43,602 nt of DNA from Candidatus Gastranaerophilales bacterium. GTDB lineage: Bacteria; Cyanobacteriota; Vampirovibrionia; Gastranaerophilales; Gastranaerophilaceae. A model generated the notes under the pieces. That model saw only the letters and a list, made by a program, of their open reading frames with translations, was not told the DNA's origin and searched no databases. Made by a program: the position numbers and the translations under genes. Positions 28,616 to 37,497 of this stretch are shown here, in pieces (position 1 is the first letter of the stretch; every line of letters starts with the position of its first letter). The stretch is from the NCBI GenBank assembly GCA_947624665.1, contig CANQLK010000001.1:1-43602 (forward strand). The letters run 5' to 3'.

Positions 28616-29863
28616 ATGTCAAAAAGACGAGTAGCAGTTACTGGGATGGGTTGTGTAACACCATACGGAATAGGTGTTGACAGGCTTTGGAATAATTTAA
28701 AAAACGGAATAAGCGGAATAAAAGAACATAATTTGGACAAAAATAAACATCTTGTAAAAATAGCAGGACAAGTTCCTGCTGATATAGATATAGAAGCTTA
28801 TGTTGACTCAAAAGAAGCAAAAAGACTGGATAAAAGTATAATATATGCTTTAATAGCCTCCGAAGAAGCATATAAGGACTCTGGGTTAAACCTTGAAAAA
28901 GAAGATTTAACAAGAATAGGAACAATAGTATCCACGGCAGCAGGCGGACTTGTTGTAGTTACAACAGGATATAAGGATATGATGGCAAGAGGGTTTCACA
29001 AATGCTCGCCATTTACGGTTCCTATGATGATAGCAAATATGGCATCGGGTAAAGTATCAATAAAATATGGATTAAGAGGGCCGAGTAAAGCTGTATTATC
29101 AGCCTGTGCTACAGGTGCGCACTCCGTTGGTGATGCTTTCAGAACAATACAATACGGAGATGCAGACATAATGTTCGCAGGCGGAGCAGAATCTGCCGTT
29201 TGTGACTTCGGTATAGGTGCGTTTACAAGTGCAAGAACTCTTTCAAAAAGCAACAGACCGCCCGAAGAAGTTTCAAGACCTTATGACAAAGACCGTGACG
29301 GCTTTGTATTAAGTGAAGGCGGGGCGGTTATAATATTAGAAGAAATGGAACACGCTATAAAAAGAGGAGCTAAAATCTATGCCGAACTTACGGGCTACGG
29401 TCAAAGCTCTGATGCTTATGATATGGTTGCACCTGACCCCGAAGGCAGAGGTGTTGAGCTTGCCATTAGAAATTGTTTGAAAGAAGCAGGCAAAAAACCC
29501 GAAGAAGTTGACTATATAAATATGCACGGTACAAGCACTCATCTTGGTGATATAGCAGAATCCGTCACTGTTGCAAGAGTTTTCGGTGACAAAAAGCAAA
29601 ATCCCAATCTCTGCGTAAGTTCAACAAAATCTATGACCGGTCACATGCTTGGAGCAACAGGCTGCGCTGAAGCCATTGCTTCAATTAAAACCATTCAAGA
29701 AGGTATAATCCCCCCTACAATTAATATTGTTGAACTTGATCCTGAAGTCGCAGATTTGGATTATGTTCCTAATAAAGCTAAGAAAAAGAATGTAAATGTC
29801 GCTATATCCAATTCCTTCGGATTTGGCGGACATAACGCCGTTTTATTGTTTGAAAAGGTTTAA
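28616..29863 (+). CDS. fabF: 3-oxoacyl-ACP synthase II
   Basis: 415 aa. Active-site ACATG, HGTST and SFGFGGHN motifs. Confidence 0.95.
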   Translation: MSKRRVAVTGMGCVTPYGIGVDRLWNNLKNGISGIKEHNLDKNKHLVKIAGQVPADIDIEAYVDSKEAKRLDKSIIYALIASEEAYKDSGLNLEKEDLTRIGTIVSTAAGGLVVVTTGYKDMMARGFHKCSPFTVPMMIANMASGKVSIKYGLRGPSKAVLSACATGAHSVGDAFRTIQYGDADIMFAGGAESAVCDFGIGAFTSARTLSKSNRPPEEVSRPYDKDRDGFVLSEGGAVIILEEMEHAIKRGAKIYAELTGYGQSSDAYDMVAPDPEGRGVELAIRNCLKEAGKKPEEVDYINMHGTSTHLGDIAESVTVARVFGDKKQNPNLCVSSTKSMTGHMLGATGCAEAIASIKTIQEGIIPPTINIVELDPEVADLDYVPNKAKKKNVNVAISNSFGFGGHNAVLLFEKV

Positions 29864-29886
29864 TATATCATAAATATTATTTAAAT

Positions 29887-30345
29887 TTATTTCTTAGTAT
29901 AAAATTTTTCGGATAATTCTTGTCTGATATTATTAACATAAATATGTTCAATAGGAGAATTATCATCTTTTCTAAGGTAAACGTCTTTTATGCCTGCTTG
30001 AACAATAAATCTTTTGCAGAGTATACAAATAAAGTTATGGCCAAAAATATACATAGTAGCATCTTTGCAACGGTCTTGACCTGCCTGAATTATAGCATTT
30101 TGCTCTGCGTGAATGCTTCTGCAAGTTTCATATCTTGTACCTGATGGAATATTATTTTCCATTCTGAAACATTGCCCCAGTTCATAGCAAGAAACAACCT
30201 TAGACGGAGTCCCGTTATATCCCGTTGCTTTTATTTTTCTGTCTTCTCCTACAATCACCGCTCCAACTTGAGCTCTTAAACAATTCGACCTCGATGCACA
30301 CGTTTTTGCTATTTCAAGAAAATATTCATTCCATTCTTTTACCAT
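29887..30345 (-). CDS. dCMP deaminase (ComEB/Dcd-type cytidine/deoxycytidylate deaminase)
   Basis: HAEQNAI and a C..LC Zn motif. ATG at 30345 (MVKEWNEYFL...) follows an AGGGG RBS. The longer track ORF adds an implausible N-terminus. Confidence 0.88.
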   Translation of the reverse strand: MVKEWNEYFLEIAKTCASRSNCLRAQVGAVIVGEDRKIKATGYNGTPSKVVSCYELGQCFRMENNIPSGTRYETCRSIHAEQNAIIQAGQDRCKDATMYIFGHNFICILCKRFIVQAGIKDVYLRKDDNSPIEHIYVNNIRQELSEKFYTKK

Positions 30346-30419
30346 ATAAACCCCTATTCTTTTCTTATAATACATAATTTCATAATAAGTAACAATAATT
30401 GTAAAGTATTTAAACATAA

Positions 30420-31388
30420 ATGCTTTTTTTAAACTACAATAAAGATATGAATAGCAATTTTGATATAAAAGATGAAAAAGAAAAGACTTGGATAAGTATT
30501 ACAGGCTATAGAGCTCTTTTAATATTAAGAATACTTTTAAATGAAAGTTGCTCGTCTAAAGAACTGATTGAAAAATTAAGAAAAAATCCGATATTAGCAA
30601 AATCAACCTCTAAAGATACCATAATGACAAGCATAAATTCTTTAAAGGCAGCAGGATGTATTTTTACAAGACCGACAAAAGCAAATAATTATCAATATAA
30701 ACTTTTAAGTCATCCTTTTATTTTAAATTTAACTCCCGAAGAAATTGATAAACTTATTGTTATCAGAGAAAACATTGCTAAAGAACTCAACCTTAAAGAA
30801 ATTTTTGATATGAACGGTTTGTATGAAAAAATTTCAGATTTAACTTTTAATGATGAATATAAATCAAAAATCGAAAATTCAAAACCTTTAAAATTTATAA
30901 GTAATGAATTATTCTCAATAATTTCAAACCCTAACATAATTAATAAAAAACTTTTAATAACATATAATTCACCAAAGTTCGGACGAGAAGAATTTGAGAT
31001 TGTACCGCAAAAAATTATTTATGAAAATCAAAAAGCATATATATGGTGCTACAATTGCAAATACGAAAGTTTAGGATTAATTAATATTGAAAGAATATTT
31101 GAAATAAAAGAAATCAGCTCGAATGATAATTTTGAAGCGCCTAAAATATATGAAGTAATTTATGAAATATTTGGTGATTCAATTAATGATTTTGAACTTC
31201 AGGAATATGAAGAAATTATATCTGAAACAGAAGATAAAATAACCGTAAAAGCATTCGTAAATAATGAATTCCTTTTTATTCAAAGAATTTTGTTATTTGG
31301 AACTAGTTTTAAAATTATATCACCCGCATTCTTTAAAGAAGTGCTTATCAATAAAATCAAACTTATACAAAAAGGATATGAGCAATGA
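30420..31388 (+). CDS. HTH-WYL-WCX transcriptional regulator, paralog 1
   Basis: N-terminal winged HTH (RALLILRILLNESCSSKELIEKL...INSLKAAG). Central WYL-like barrel (LLITYNSPKFGREEFEIVPQKIIYENQKAYIWCY). C-terminal WCX-like block (FIQRILLFGTSFKIISPAFFKE). The start is ambiguous (30420 or 30447). Confidence 0.7.
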   Translation: MLFLNYNKDMNSNFDIKDEKEKTWISITGYRALLILRILLNESCSSKELIEKLRKNPILAKSTSKDTIMTSINSLKAAGCIFTRPTKANNYQYKLLSHPFILNLTPEEIDKLIVIRENIAKELNLKEIFDMNGLYEKISDLTFNDEYKSKIENSKPLKFISNELFSIISNPNIINKKLLITYNSPKFGREEFEIVPQKIIYENQKAYIWCYNCKYESLGLINIERIFEIKEISSNDNFEAPKIYEVIYEIFGDSINDFELQEYEEIISETEDKITVKAFVNNEFLFIQRILLFGTSFKIISPAFFKEVLINKIKLIQKGYEQ

Positions 31389-32299
31389 CAAATTTAGAAA
31401 AAAATCATGAAACGGCACTAAGAATTTTAGAAATTTTAAAAATACTTCTTGCCGATAATGCTTCAAAAGATGAAATTATTGATAAGCTAAAAATACACTC
31501 TGATATTGGAGATGTCGGTTCTTATGAAGCTTTTATAAAATATTTTAATACACTTAATTTATCAGGACTTACTATAGAAAGAAACAAAAAAAAATATTGT
31601 TTAAAAAACTCTGTTATTCAAGCTTCTTTATCCGAAAGAGAAAAAAATATAATTATTAAACTGACTGATTATATCGGAAAATTAGGCAATAAAACGGTTC
31701 GTGATATATCAAAACGTTTCTTTTTTAAATTAGATAAATTTATTGATATCGATTTAACGGAATTTACGGATAAAAACATTGAATTAAACGACAGAAATCT
31801 GACTTTAAATATAAAAAATAACAAGTTAATAACTTTAAAAAAAATGTTGGAAGAAGATTTTAAAGTATGTTTGACTTATAGAAAAAAGAACGGAGAAACC
31901 GAATCCGTTACTACGGAATTAAAAAAAATTACCGAAACAAAAAATAATGCATATATAGTTTGTTATGACAGTGTTTTAGGACGAAATCAAAAAATAAATG
32001 TTGATTCTATAATATCAATAAACCAAAATCCCCAAAAAAAGAGCGGAATGAATTATTTAAATTCGGTTATATTTGAACTCTACGGCAGATTGGCTTCTTC
32101 GTATAAATTAAAACCTTCGGAAAAAGCTTTAAAATTCGGACATAATTTTATTACGGTATCAAACAGTGAAGAAGATAAAGAGTCTTTACTGTTACGATTA
32201 TTAAAATACGGTGAAAATTGTAAAATTATCAGACCATCATATATTCAGGAAGAATTTTTGGATATGACAAATGTAATTCTAAAAAATTTGGAGTCATAA
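31385..32299 (+). CDS. HTH-WYL-WCX transcriptional regulator, paralog 2
   Basis: Same three-part layout: ALRILEILKILLADNASKDEII, then VCLTYRKKNGETESVTTELKKITETKNNAYIVCY, then LLLRLLKYGENCKIIRPSYIQEEF. ATGA start/stop overlap with paralog 1. Confidence 0.7.
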   Translation: MTNLEKNHETALRILEILKILLADNASKDEIIDKLKIHSDIGDVGSYEAFIKYFNTLNLSGLTIERNKKKYCLKNSVIQASLSEREKNIIIKLTDYIGKLGNKTVRDISKRFFFKLDKFIDIDLTEFTDKNIELNDRNLTLNIKNNKLITLKKMLEEDFKVCLTYRKKNGETESVTTELKKITETKNNAYIVCYDSVLGRNQKINVDSIISINQNPQKKSGMNYLNSVIFELYGRLASSYKLKPSEKALKFGHNFITVSNSEEDKESLLLRLLKYGENCKIIRPSYIQEEFLDMTNVILKNLES

Positions 32300-32300
32300 T

Positions 32301-33674
32301 ATGTCAAAAATTGTTTTTATTCCTATAGATAACAGACCTGTATGTTATGAGTTACCAAAATTAATTATTAATCAGGCAAAAGAACACGAGCTTTTTATGC
32401 CCGACAAAAAATTACTTGGTTCATTGATTAAAAATGCTGATATAAAAGGTATTTTAGATTGGCTATCTACACTTAATAATATGGATATAGCAATTATTTC
32501 GCTTGATACGATTGCTTATGGCGGACTAATTTCATCAAGAAGAACATCCGATTCATACAGTGTGATAAAAGAAAGAATTGATAAACTTATCGACATTTTA
32601 AATAGAAAAAGTATCAAAGTTTTTGCCTTCTCAAGTATTATGCGAATATCAAACAACAATATTAACGAGGAAGAAAAAGACTATTGGAGTTTATACGGCA
32701 AAAAAATATTTGAATACTCATATAACCTTGATAAAGAAGGATTTTCCGATACTTTAGGCATAAGTGATGATGTAATAAAAGATTATATTGAAACAAGAGA
32801 GCGGAATTTTGAAATAAATAAGTACTATATAGAACTAAAAAAGCAAAATATCTTTGATACATTGGTATTTTCAAAAGATGATTGTGCTAAATACGGGTTA
32901 AATGTAAAGGAAGCAAGAGAGTTAAAAATATTATCGGAAGGTATAGAAGGAATTTATGTAAAAACAGGAGCCGATGAAATCCCTCTTTCGCTTTTATCCC
33001 GTGCTGTGAACAGAAATAAGAAAATAAAAATAGCACCTGTATATACAAACCCGAATAGTATTGAAAAAATATCAAAGTATGAAGATATATCGGTAAAAGA
33101 GTCAGTTAAATCACAAATAGAGCTTACAGGCGGTATCGTATCAACGGAAAGTGACTGTGATTTAATTATGCTTGTTAATAATTTTAAAAATGAACAGGGT
33201 GAACTTGTCATGGGAGTTGAAGAACCTTTATATAAAGGGGATTTAAAACTTACCGATAAGCCTTTTTTTGCTGTTGACATTTTAAATGCAAACGGAGCGG
33301 ATAACAATTTTGCAAAAGCTGTTTTAAAACAGGATTTTAAGAGTTTTTACGGATACAGTGCTTGGAATACTACGGGAAATTCTTTAGGCGGAGGACTTAG
33401 TGCTGCTTTAACTTATTTTAAATCCGTAAAACCCGATAACTCGGCATTTAAAAAACTTCAAACCGTTCGTTTCCTTGATGATTGGGCATATCAGGCTAAT
33501 GTTCGCAGTTTAATCAGAAATGATTTTCAAAATCTGACAAATGGTAGAATTAATGAAGAAATGAGAAAGTTTGAGCAAATTATTTTTAATAAATTCGGAT
33601 TAAAAAATCCCAAAATAAAATATTTGTTTCCATGGAACAGATTTTTTGAGATTGATATAATATTATGTGAGTGA
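32301..33674 (+). CDS. DUF4127-like protein, function unknown
   Basis: 457 aa. N-terminal IPIDNRPVCY and later blocks LDTIAYGGLISSRR, GADEIPLSLLSRA, NANGADN, YSAWNTTGNSLG and FPWNRFFE match my recollection of the DUF4127 family. Starts 2 nt after the paralog 2 stop, behind a GGAG RBS. Confidence 0.55.
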   Translation: MSKIVFIPIDNRPVCYELPKLIINQAKEHELFMPDKKLLGSLIKNADIKGILDWLSTLNNMDIAIISLDTIAYGGLISSRRTSDSYSVIKERIDKLIDILNRKSIKVFAFSSIMRISNNNINEEEKDYWSLYGKKIFEYSYNLDKEGFSDTLGISDDVIKDYIETRERNFEINKYYIELKKQNIFDTLVFSKDDCAKYGLNVKEARELKILSEGIEGIYVKTGADEIPLSLLSRAVNRNKKIKIAPVYTNPNSIEKISKYEDISVKESVKSQIELTGGIVSTESDCDLIMLVNNFKNEQGELVMGVEEPLYKGDLKLTDKPFFAVDILNANGADNNFAKAVLKQDFKSFYGYSAWNTTGNSLGGGLSAALTYFKSVKPDNSAFKKLQTVRFLDDWAYQANVRSLIRNDFQNLTNGRINEEMRKFEQIIFNKFGLKNPKIKYLFPWNRFFEIDIILCE

Positions 33675-33711
33675 TATAAATTAAATAAACACTACAAGGG
33701 AGTTGTAAAAA

Positions 33712-35493
33712 ATGGAAAAGAATAACGAAACTTTGCATATATTAAGGCACTCGGCTTCTCATATAATGGCACAGGCTGTACAAAAATTGTTTCCGACGGC
33801 AAAGCTTGCCATAGGTCCTGCCATAGACAACGGATTTTATTATGATTTTGATTTGGAAGGACACTCCTTTACCGAAGAAGACTTGGCTAACATCGAAGCC
33901 GAGATGAAAAATATTCTTAAACATAATCTTACTTTTGAAAAATATCAAATTCCTGACGTACAAAAACAAATAGATGAATTTAAAGCTCAAGGTGAAATAT
34001 ATAAAGCGGAATTATTGGAAGAACATAGAAATGACAATCCTACTTTATATTTAACAAAAGATAAAGACGGAAATGTTTTATTTAATGACTTATGCTCAGG
34101 GCCTCACGTTCCAAACACCACATTTATTAAAGGTAATGCAATAAAATTACTGAAAGTTGCAGGTGCATACTGGAGAGGCAGTGAGAAAAACAAAATGCTT
34201 CAAAGAATATATGCAACGGCATTTTGGAATAAAGAAGATTTGGAAAAATATTTAAATTTTCTGGAAGAAGCACAAAAGCGTGACCATAGAAAACTGGGAA
34301 GTCAGCTTGATTTATTCAGTGTAAGAGAAGAAATCGGAGGCGGGCTTGTTCTTTGGCATCCGAATTTAGCCGTTGTCAGAGAAGAAATTGAAAATTACTG
34401 GAGATCGGAACATAGAAAAAGAGGTTATGTAATTGTACATTCTCCTCAAATCGCAAAATCAAAATTATGGGAATTATCGGGGCACATTGACCACTATAGA
34501 GAAAATATGTTCTTTATACAAAAAGACAGCGAAGAAGATGAACAATATATAGTTAAACCGATGAACTGTCCGTTCCATATAATGATATATCAGGCAAACA
34601 GACATTCATACCGCTCATTACCGTTAAGAATGGCAGAACTTGGAACCGTATACAGACGTGAAAAATCAGGTGCACTATCAGGTTTAACACGTGTACAAGG
34701 TTTTACTCAGGATGATGCGCATATTTTCTGCACACCGGAGCAACTTGTTGATGAAATTAACGCTATTATTGATTTTGTAGCGGATACAATGAAAATATTT
34801 AATATGAGTTTTGAAGTAGAACTTTCAACCCGCCCCGAAAGCTATGTCGGCGACCTTAAAAATTGGGAATTGGCAGAAGCAGGTTTAAAAGAAGCTATGG
34901 ACAAGCGTGGTATGCAATATGAAATAAATGAAGGCGACGGTGCATTCTACGGGCCTAAAATCGATTTTAAAGTAAAGGATGCAATAGGCAGAACTTGGCA
35001 GTGTGCTACTATCCAACTTGATTTTAACCTACCTGAAAGATTTGAAATAAAATATCAGGATAAAGACGGTCAAATGAAAACTCCTGTTATGCTTCATAGG
35101 GTTATTTTCGGTTCAATGGAAAGATTTCACGGCATTTTAATTGAACATTATGCGGGCGCTTTCCCAATATGGCTTGCTCCGACTCAGGTTTGTGTTGTTC
35201 CTATTTCGGAACGTCACAACGATTATGCTAAACAGGTTTATGATAAACTGTTTGCAGCAGGTATTAGGGTAAATCTTGACGACAGAAATGAAAGTATGAA
35301 TTATAAAATCCGTGAAGCTTTGCAGGATAAGAAAATTCCTTATGTACTTGTTATGGGAGATAAAGAAATAGAAAATAATCAAGTATCAGTAAGAATTAGA
35401 GGTATCGGCGAGGCAGGATGTACTTCACTTGATGATTTTATTCAAAAAGCTTTAACTAAAATCAGTTCTAAATCTGCGGATTTAAGTTTGTAA
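33712..35493 (+). CDS. thrS: threonine--tRNA ligase lacking the N-terminal TGS domain
   Basis: 593 aa. Starts at the editing-domain motif LRHSASHIMAQAV (equivalent to about residue 66 of E. coli ThrS). Class II motifs are present: PMNCPFH, RVQGFTQDDAHIF, GAFYGPKIDF and HRVIFGSMERF. Confidence 0.95.
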   Translation: MEKNNETLHILRHSASHIMAQAVQKLFPTAKLAIGPAIDNGFYYDFDLEGHSFTEEDLANIEAEMKNILKHNLTFEKYQIPDVQKQIDEFKAQGEIYKAELLEEHRNDNPTLYLTKDKDGNVLFNDLCSGPHVPNTTFIKGNAIKLLKVAGAYWRGSEKNKMLQRIYATAFWNKEDLEKYLNFLEEAQKRDHRKLGSQLDLFSVREEIGGGLVLWHPNLAVVREEIENYWRSEHRKRGYVIVHSPQIAKSKLWELSGHIDHYRENMFFIQKDSEEDEQYIVKPMNCPFHIMIYQANRHSYRSLPLRMAELGTVYRREKSGALSGLTRVQGFTQDDAHIFCTPEQLVDEINAIIDFVADTMKIFNMSFEVELSTRPESYVGDLKNWELAEAGLKEAMDKRGMQYEINEGDGAFYGPKIDFKVKDAIGRTWQCATIQLDFNLPERFEIKYQDKDGQMKTPVMLHRVIFGSMERFHGILIEHYAGAFPIWLAPTQVCVVPISERHNDYAKQVYDKLFAAGIRVNLDDRNESMNYKIREALQDKKIPYVLVMGDKEIENNQVSVRIRGIGEAGCTSLDDFIQKALTKISSKSADLSL

Positions 35494-35508
35494 TTATTTT
35501 GTTTAAAG

Positions 35509-35542
35509 AAGCAAGTGCCTTAAAATAAGGCACTTGCTTTTG
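35509..35542 (+). terminator. thrS rho-independent terminator
   Basis: 12-bp perfect stem GCAAGTGCCTTA / TAAGGCACTTGC followed by TTTTGC. Lies 16 nt after the thrS stop. Confidence 0.85.
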
Positions 35543-35579
35543 CTAAATATTCCTTTTTTTAAAATTAAAAATTATTAAA

Positions 35580-35815
35580 GAATAAAAAAATAATTTTAAT
35601 TTAAGTCAGCTCTAATGGAGAATAATAGAAAATCTTATTGAAGAAACAGCAAGACGAGCACTGTTTGAGCGGAGCAACGCAAAGCGAACCGCTGAGCCGA
35701 TGGCGAAGCGTGTGAGATTTTAAAAGAAGCAAAGCGAGTTTGCGAGTCTTTGCTGAAATTTAGATTTTCTTTATTCGCAATTCGAAGCTGACGTAATTAA
35801 ATTATTTTTTTAATA
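35580..35815. repeat. family B element: ~235-nt imperfect palindrome with GC-rich centre and AT-rich termini (MITE-like or structured RNA)
   Basis: The left arm (35580-35660) pairs imperfectly with the right arm (35733-35815). The right arm is an exact reverse-complement match to 43537-43602. The central ~70 nt is GC-rich (GAGCGGAGCAACGCAAAGCGAACCGCTGAGCCGATGGCGAAGCG). Confidence 0.85.
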
Positions 35816-35826
35816 TTAAATAAAAA

Positions 35827-35979
35827 AGAGAAATTGGATAACGGATACTACGCTTCTATTTTACTAAATTCAACCTAAGGCTTCGTAACTCCCGATTTCA
35901 TCGGTTCAAACAGACGAAGCCTTGACGTTGTTTCATTAAGTAAAATTACGAAGCTCCGTATATGTTCTCCAATTCCTCT
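35827..35979. repeat. hairpin C: ~150-nt long imperfect palindrome that also serves as a terminator-like structure for the GT2 gene
   Basis: Basal stem AGAGAAATTGGA / TCCAATTCCTCT. Perfect 10-bp inner stem AAGGCTTCGT (35877-35886) / ACGAAGCCTT (35914-35923). A/T runs flank both sides. The basal stem is homologous to the short pgk terminator stem at 43476-43511. Confidence 0.75.
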
Positions 35980-36035
35980 TTTTTTATTTTTTTTCTTTTC
36001 GAATAAAAAATAATTTAATTTATAACTATCCAACC

Positions 36036-37124
36036 CTATTTTGTTTTTTTATAATCATACCATTTTTCAAAGGTTGAAAAATATATTTTTGTATAATTTT
36101 TTACGCCTTTTTCAACTCTATAGATTTTATCGAAAAAGAAATTTATAGGATAATATCTTAAAAATGACATATTTGTAAATCTGTCAATAAGAAAAAGTGT
36201 TCTGTTTCTAACAAATTCTTTATCTTCCTCGCACATACCCAGATTTTTAAAATCATGTTTCATCATATTAAAAAATTTTCTTTTATACGGCAATCTGACT
36301 TTCATAAACCACCAGTATAAAGTTATTACTTTATAATCCCAATAAAAATATTTCATTTCGTCAAATAAATCAATTTTTTTAAGATTATCACCAATCAGAT
36401 TAAATATTTTAAAATAATCAAAGAAAAGATAATTTCTGGAATTGGTAACGGCATTTTTTCTGTTATATCTGTAATAAATTAAATCTTCTCTGAGAACGGA
36501 CATTTTTTCAGCCTTAAAAAGAGCATCATAAACAAAAACATTATCTTCAAAATAAATACCACCAGGGAATTTAACATTTTTGTTTATAAGAAAACTTCTT
36601 TTATACATTTTATCCCAAGGCACACTTGTCTGCCAAAATACACTATATTTAATATCTCTCCAACTGAATGTCTTATTATCAAATTCAACAGGAATTTGCT
36701 TTAATTTGGCATAAACATGTTTTTTGTCAATTTTTCCGGTTTTATCATCAAACTGATTCCAAGTACACAAGGTAATATCAGCACCTGTTTGAACTATTTT
36801 ATTATATAATTTTTCGACAGCATTAAGCTCCATATAATCATCGCCGTCTATAAAGAAAATATATTCTCCTCTTGCCATTTGAACGCCGAAATTTCTTGCA
36901 ATTCCTTGTTTTAGATTTGAAGAATTTTTGTATATTACAAACCTATCATCTTTATTTGCATATTCTTGAACTATTTCAAGAGTTCTATCCGTAGATTTAT
37001 TATCTACTACTATTATTTCTATATCCCTTAATGTTTGATTTACTACAGAATCTAATGTTTTTCTTATATATTTTTCAACATTATAAACAGCTAAAACAAC
37101 ACTAACTTTAATTGACATATTCAC
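36036..37124 (-). CDS. family 2 glycosyltransferase
   Basis: 362 aa. N-terminal GT-A signature VSVVLAVYNVEKYIRKTLDSVVNQTLRDIEIIVVDNKSTD and a DGDD motif. Confidence 0.85.
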   Translation of the reverse strand: MNMSIKVSVVLAVYNVEKYIRKTLDSVVNQTLRDIEIIVVDNKSTDRTLEIVQEYANKDDRFVIYKNSSNLKQGIARNFGVQMARGEYIFFIDGDDYMELNAVEKLYNKIVQTGADITLCTWNQFDDKTGKIDKKHVYAKLKQIPVEFDNKTFSWRDIKYSVFWQTSVPWDKMYKRSFLINKNVKFPGGIYFEDNVFVYDALFKAEKMSVLREDLIYYRYNRKNAVTNSRNYLFFDYFKIFNLIGDNLKKIDLFDEMKYFYWDYKVITLYWWFMKVRLPYKRKFFNMMKHDFKNLGMCEEDKEFVRNRTLFLIDRFTNMSFLRYYPINFFFDKIYRVEKGVKNYTKIYFSTFEKWYDYKKTK

Positions 37125-37199
37125 CTCGTTTTAATAATTATAAAACAATCCTTTTAATTATGCTAAAAGTAATCTGAAAAATTTTGATATAATTTATAT

Positions 37200-37496
37200 A
37201 TGATACTAAAAGAATTTTCAAAATATTTACGAGAGAATGAAGATAAAAGCTCGGTATTATTGTTAAATAAATGGATAATGGAGCGGTTGCAAAAGCCTTC
37301 ATTAAATAAAGTTGATATTATATTAAAGACAGAATTATATTTTCTAAAAAACAATAATAATAAAACTTTAATAATAGCAAAAAGCGAAACGGGCAGAATT
37401 TTATTGAATGCTTTATACAATTTTGCATTAAGTTTTGAGCAGTACAAGCTCGCAAAATTCTTGCATGATAAAAAGTCTAATGATTTTACAAACTAA
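37200..37496 (+). CDS. possible small hypothetical protein (98 aa) between the two GT2 genes, opposite strand
   Basis: The ORF has a balanced charged/helical composition. A competing 94-aa ORF lies on the minus strand (37163-37447). No RBS or homology was recognised. Confidence 0.25.
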   Translation: MILKEFSKYLRENEDKSSVLLLNKWIMERLQKPSLNKVDIILKTELYFLKNNNNKTLIIAKSETGRILLNALYNFALSFEQYKLAKFLHDKKSNDFTN

Positions 37497-37497
37497 T

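Noticed and set aside
33675-33711. Possible T-box or other leader upstream of thrS.
   Set aside because: The spacer is only 37 nt and consists of an RBS region, which is too short for any riboswitch or T-box.
35890-35915. GGTTCAAAC in the apical part of hairpin C; considered as a tRNA T-loop.
   Set aside because: The flanks cannot form a T-arm stem, and no acceptor, D or anticodon arms can be drawn. No tRNA-like cloverleaf was seen anywhere in the window.
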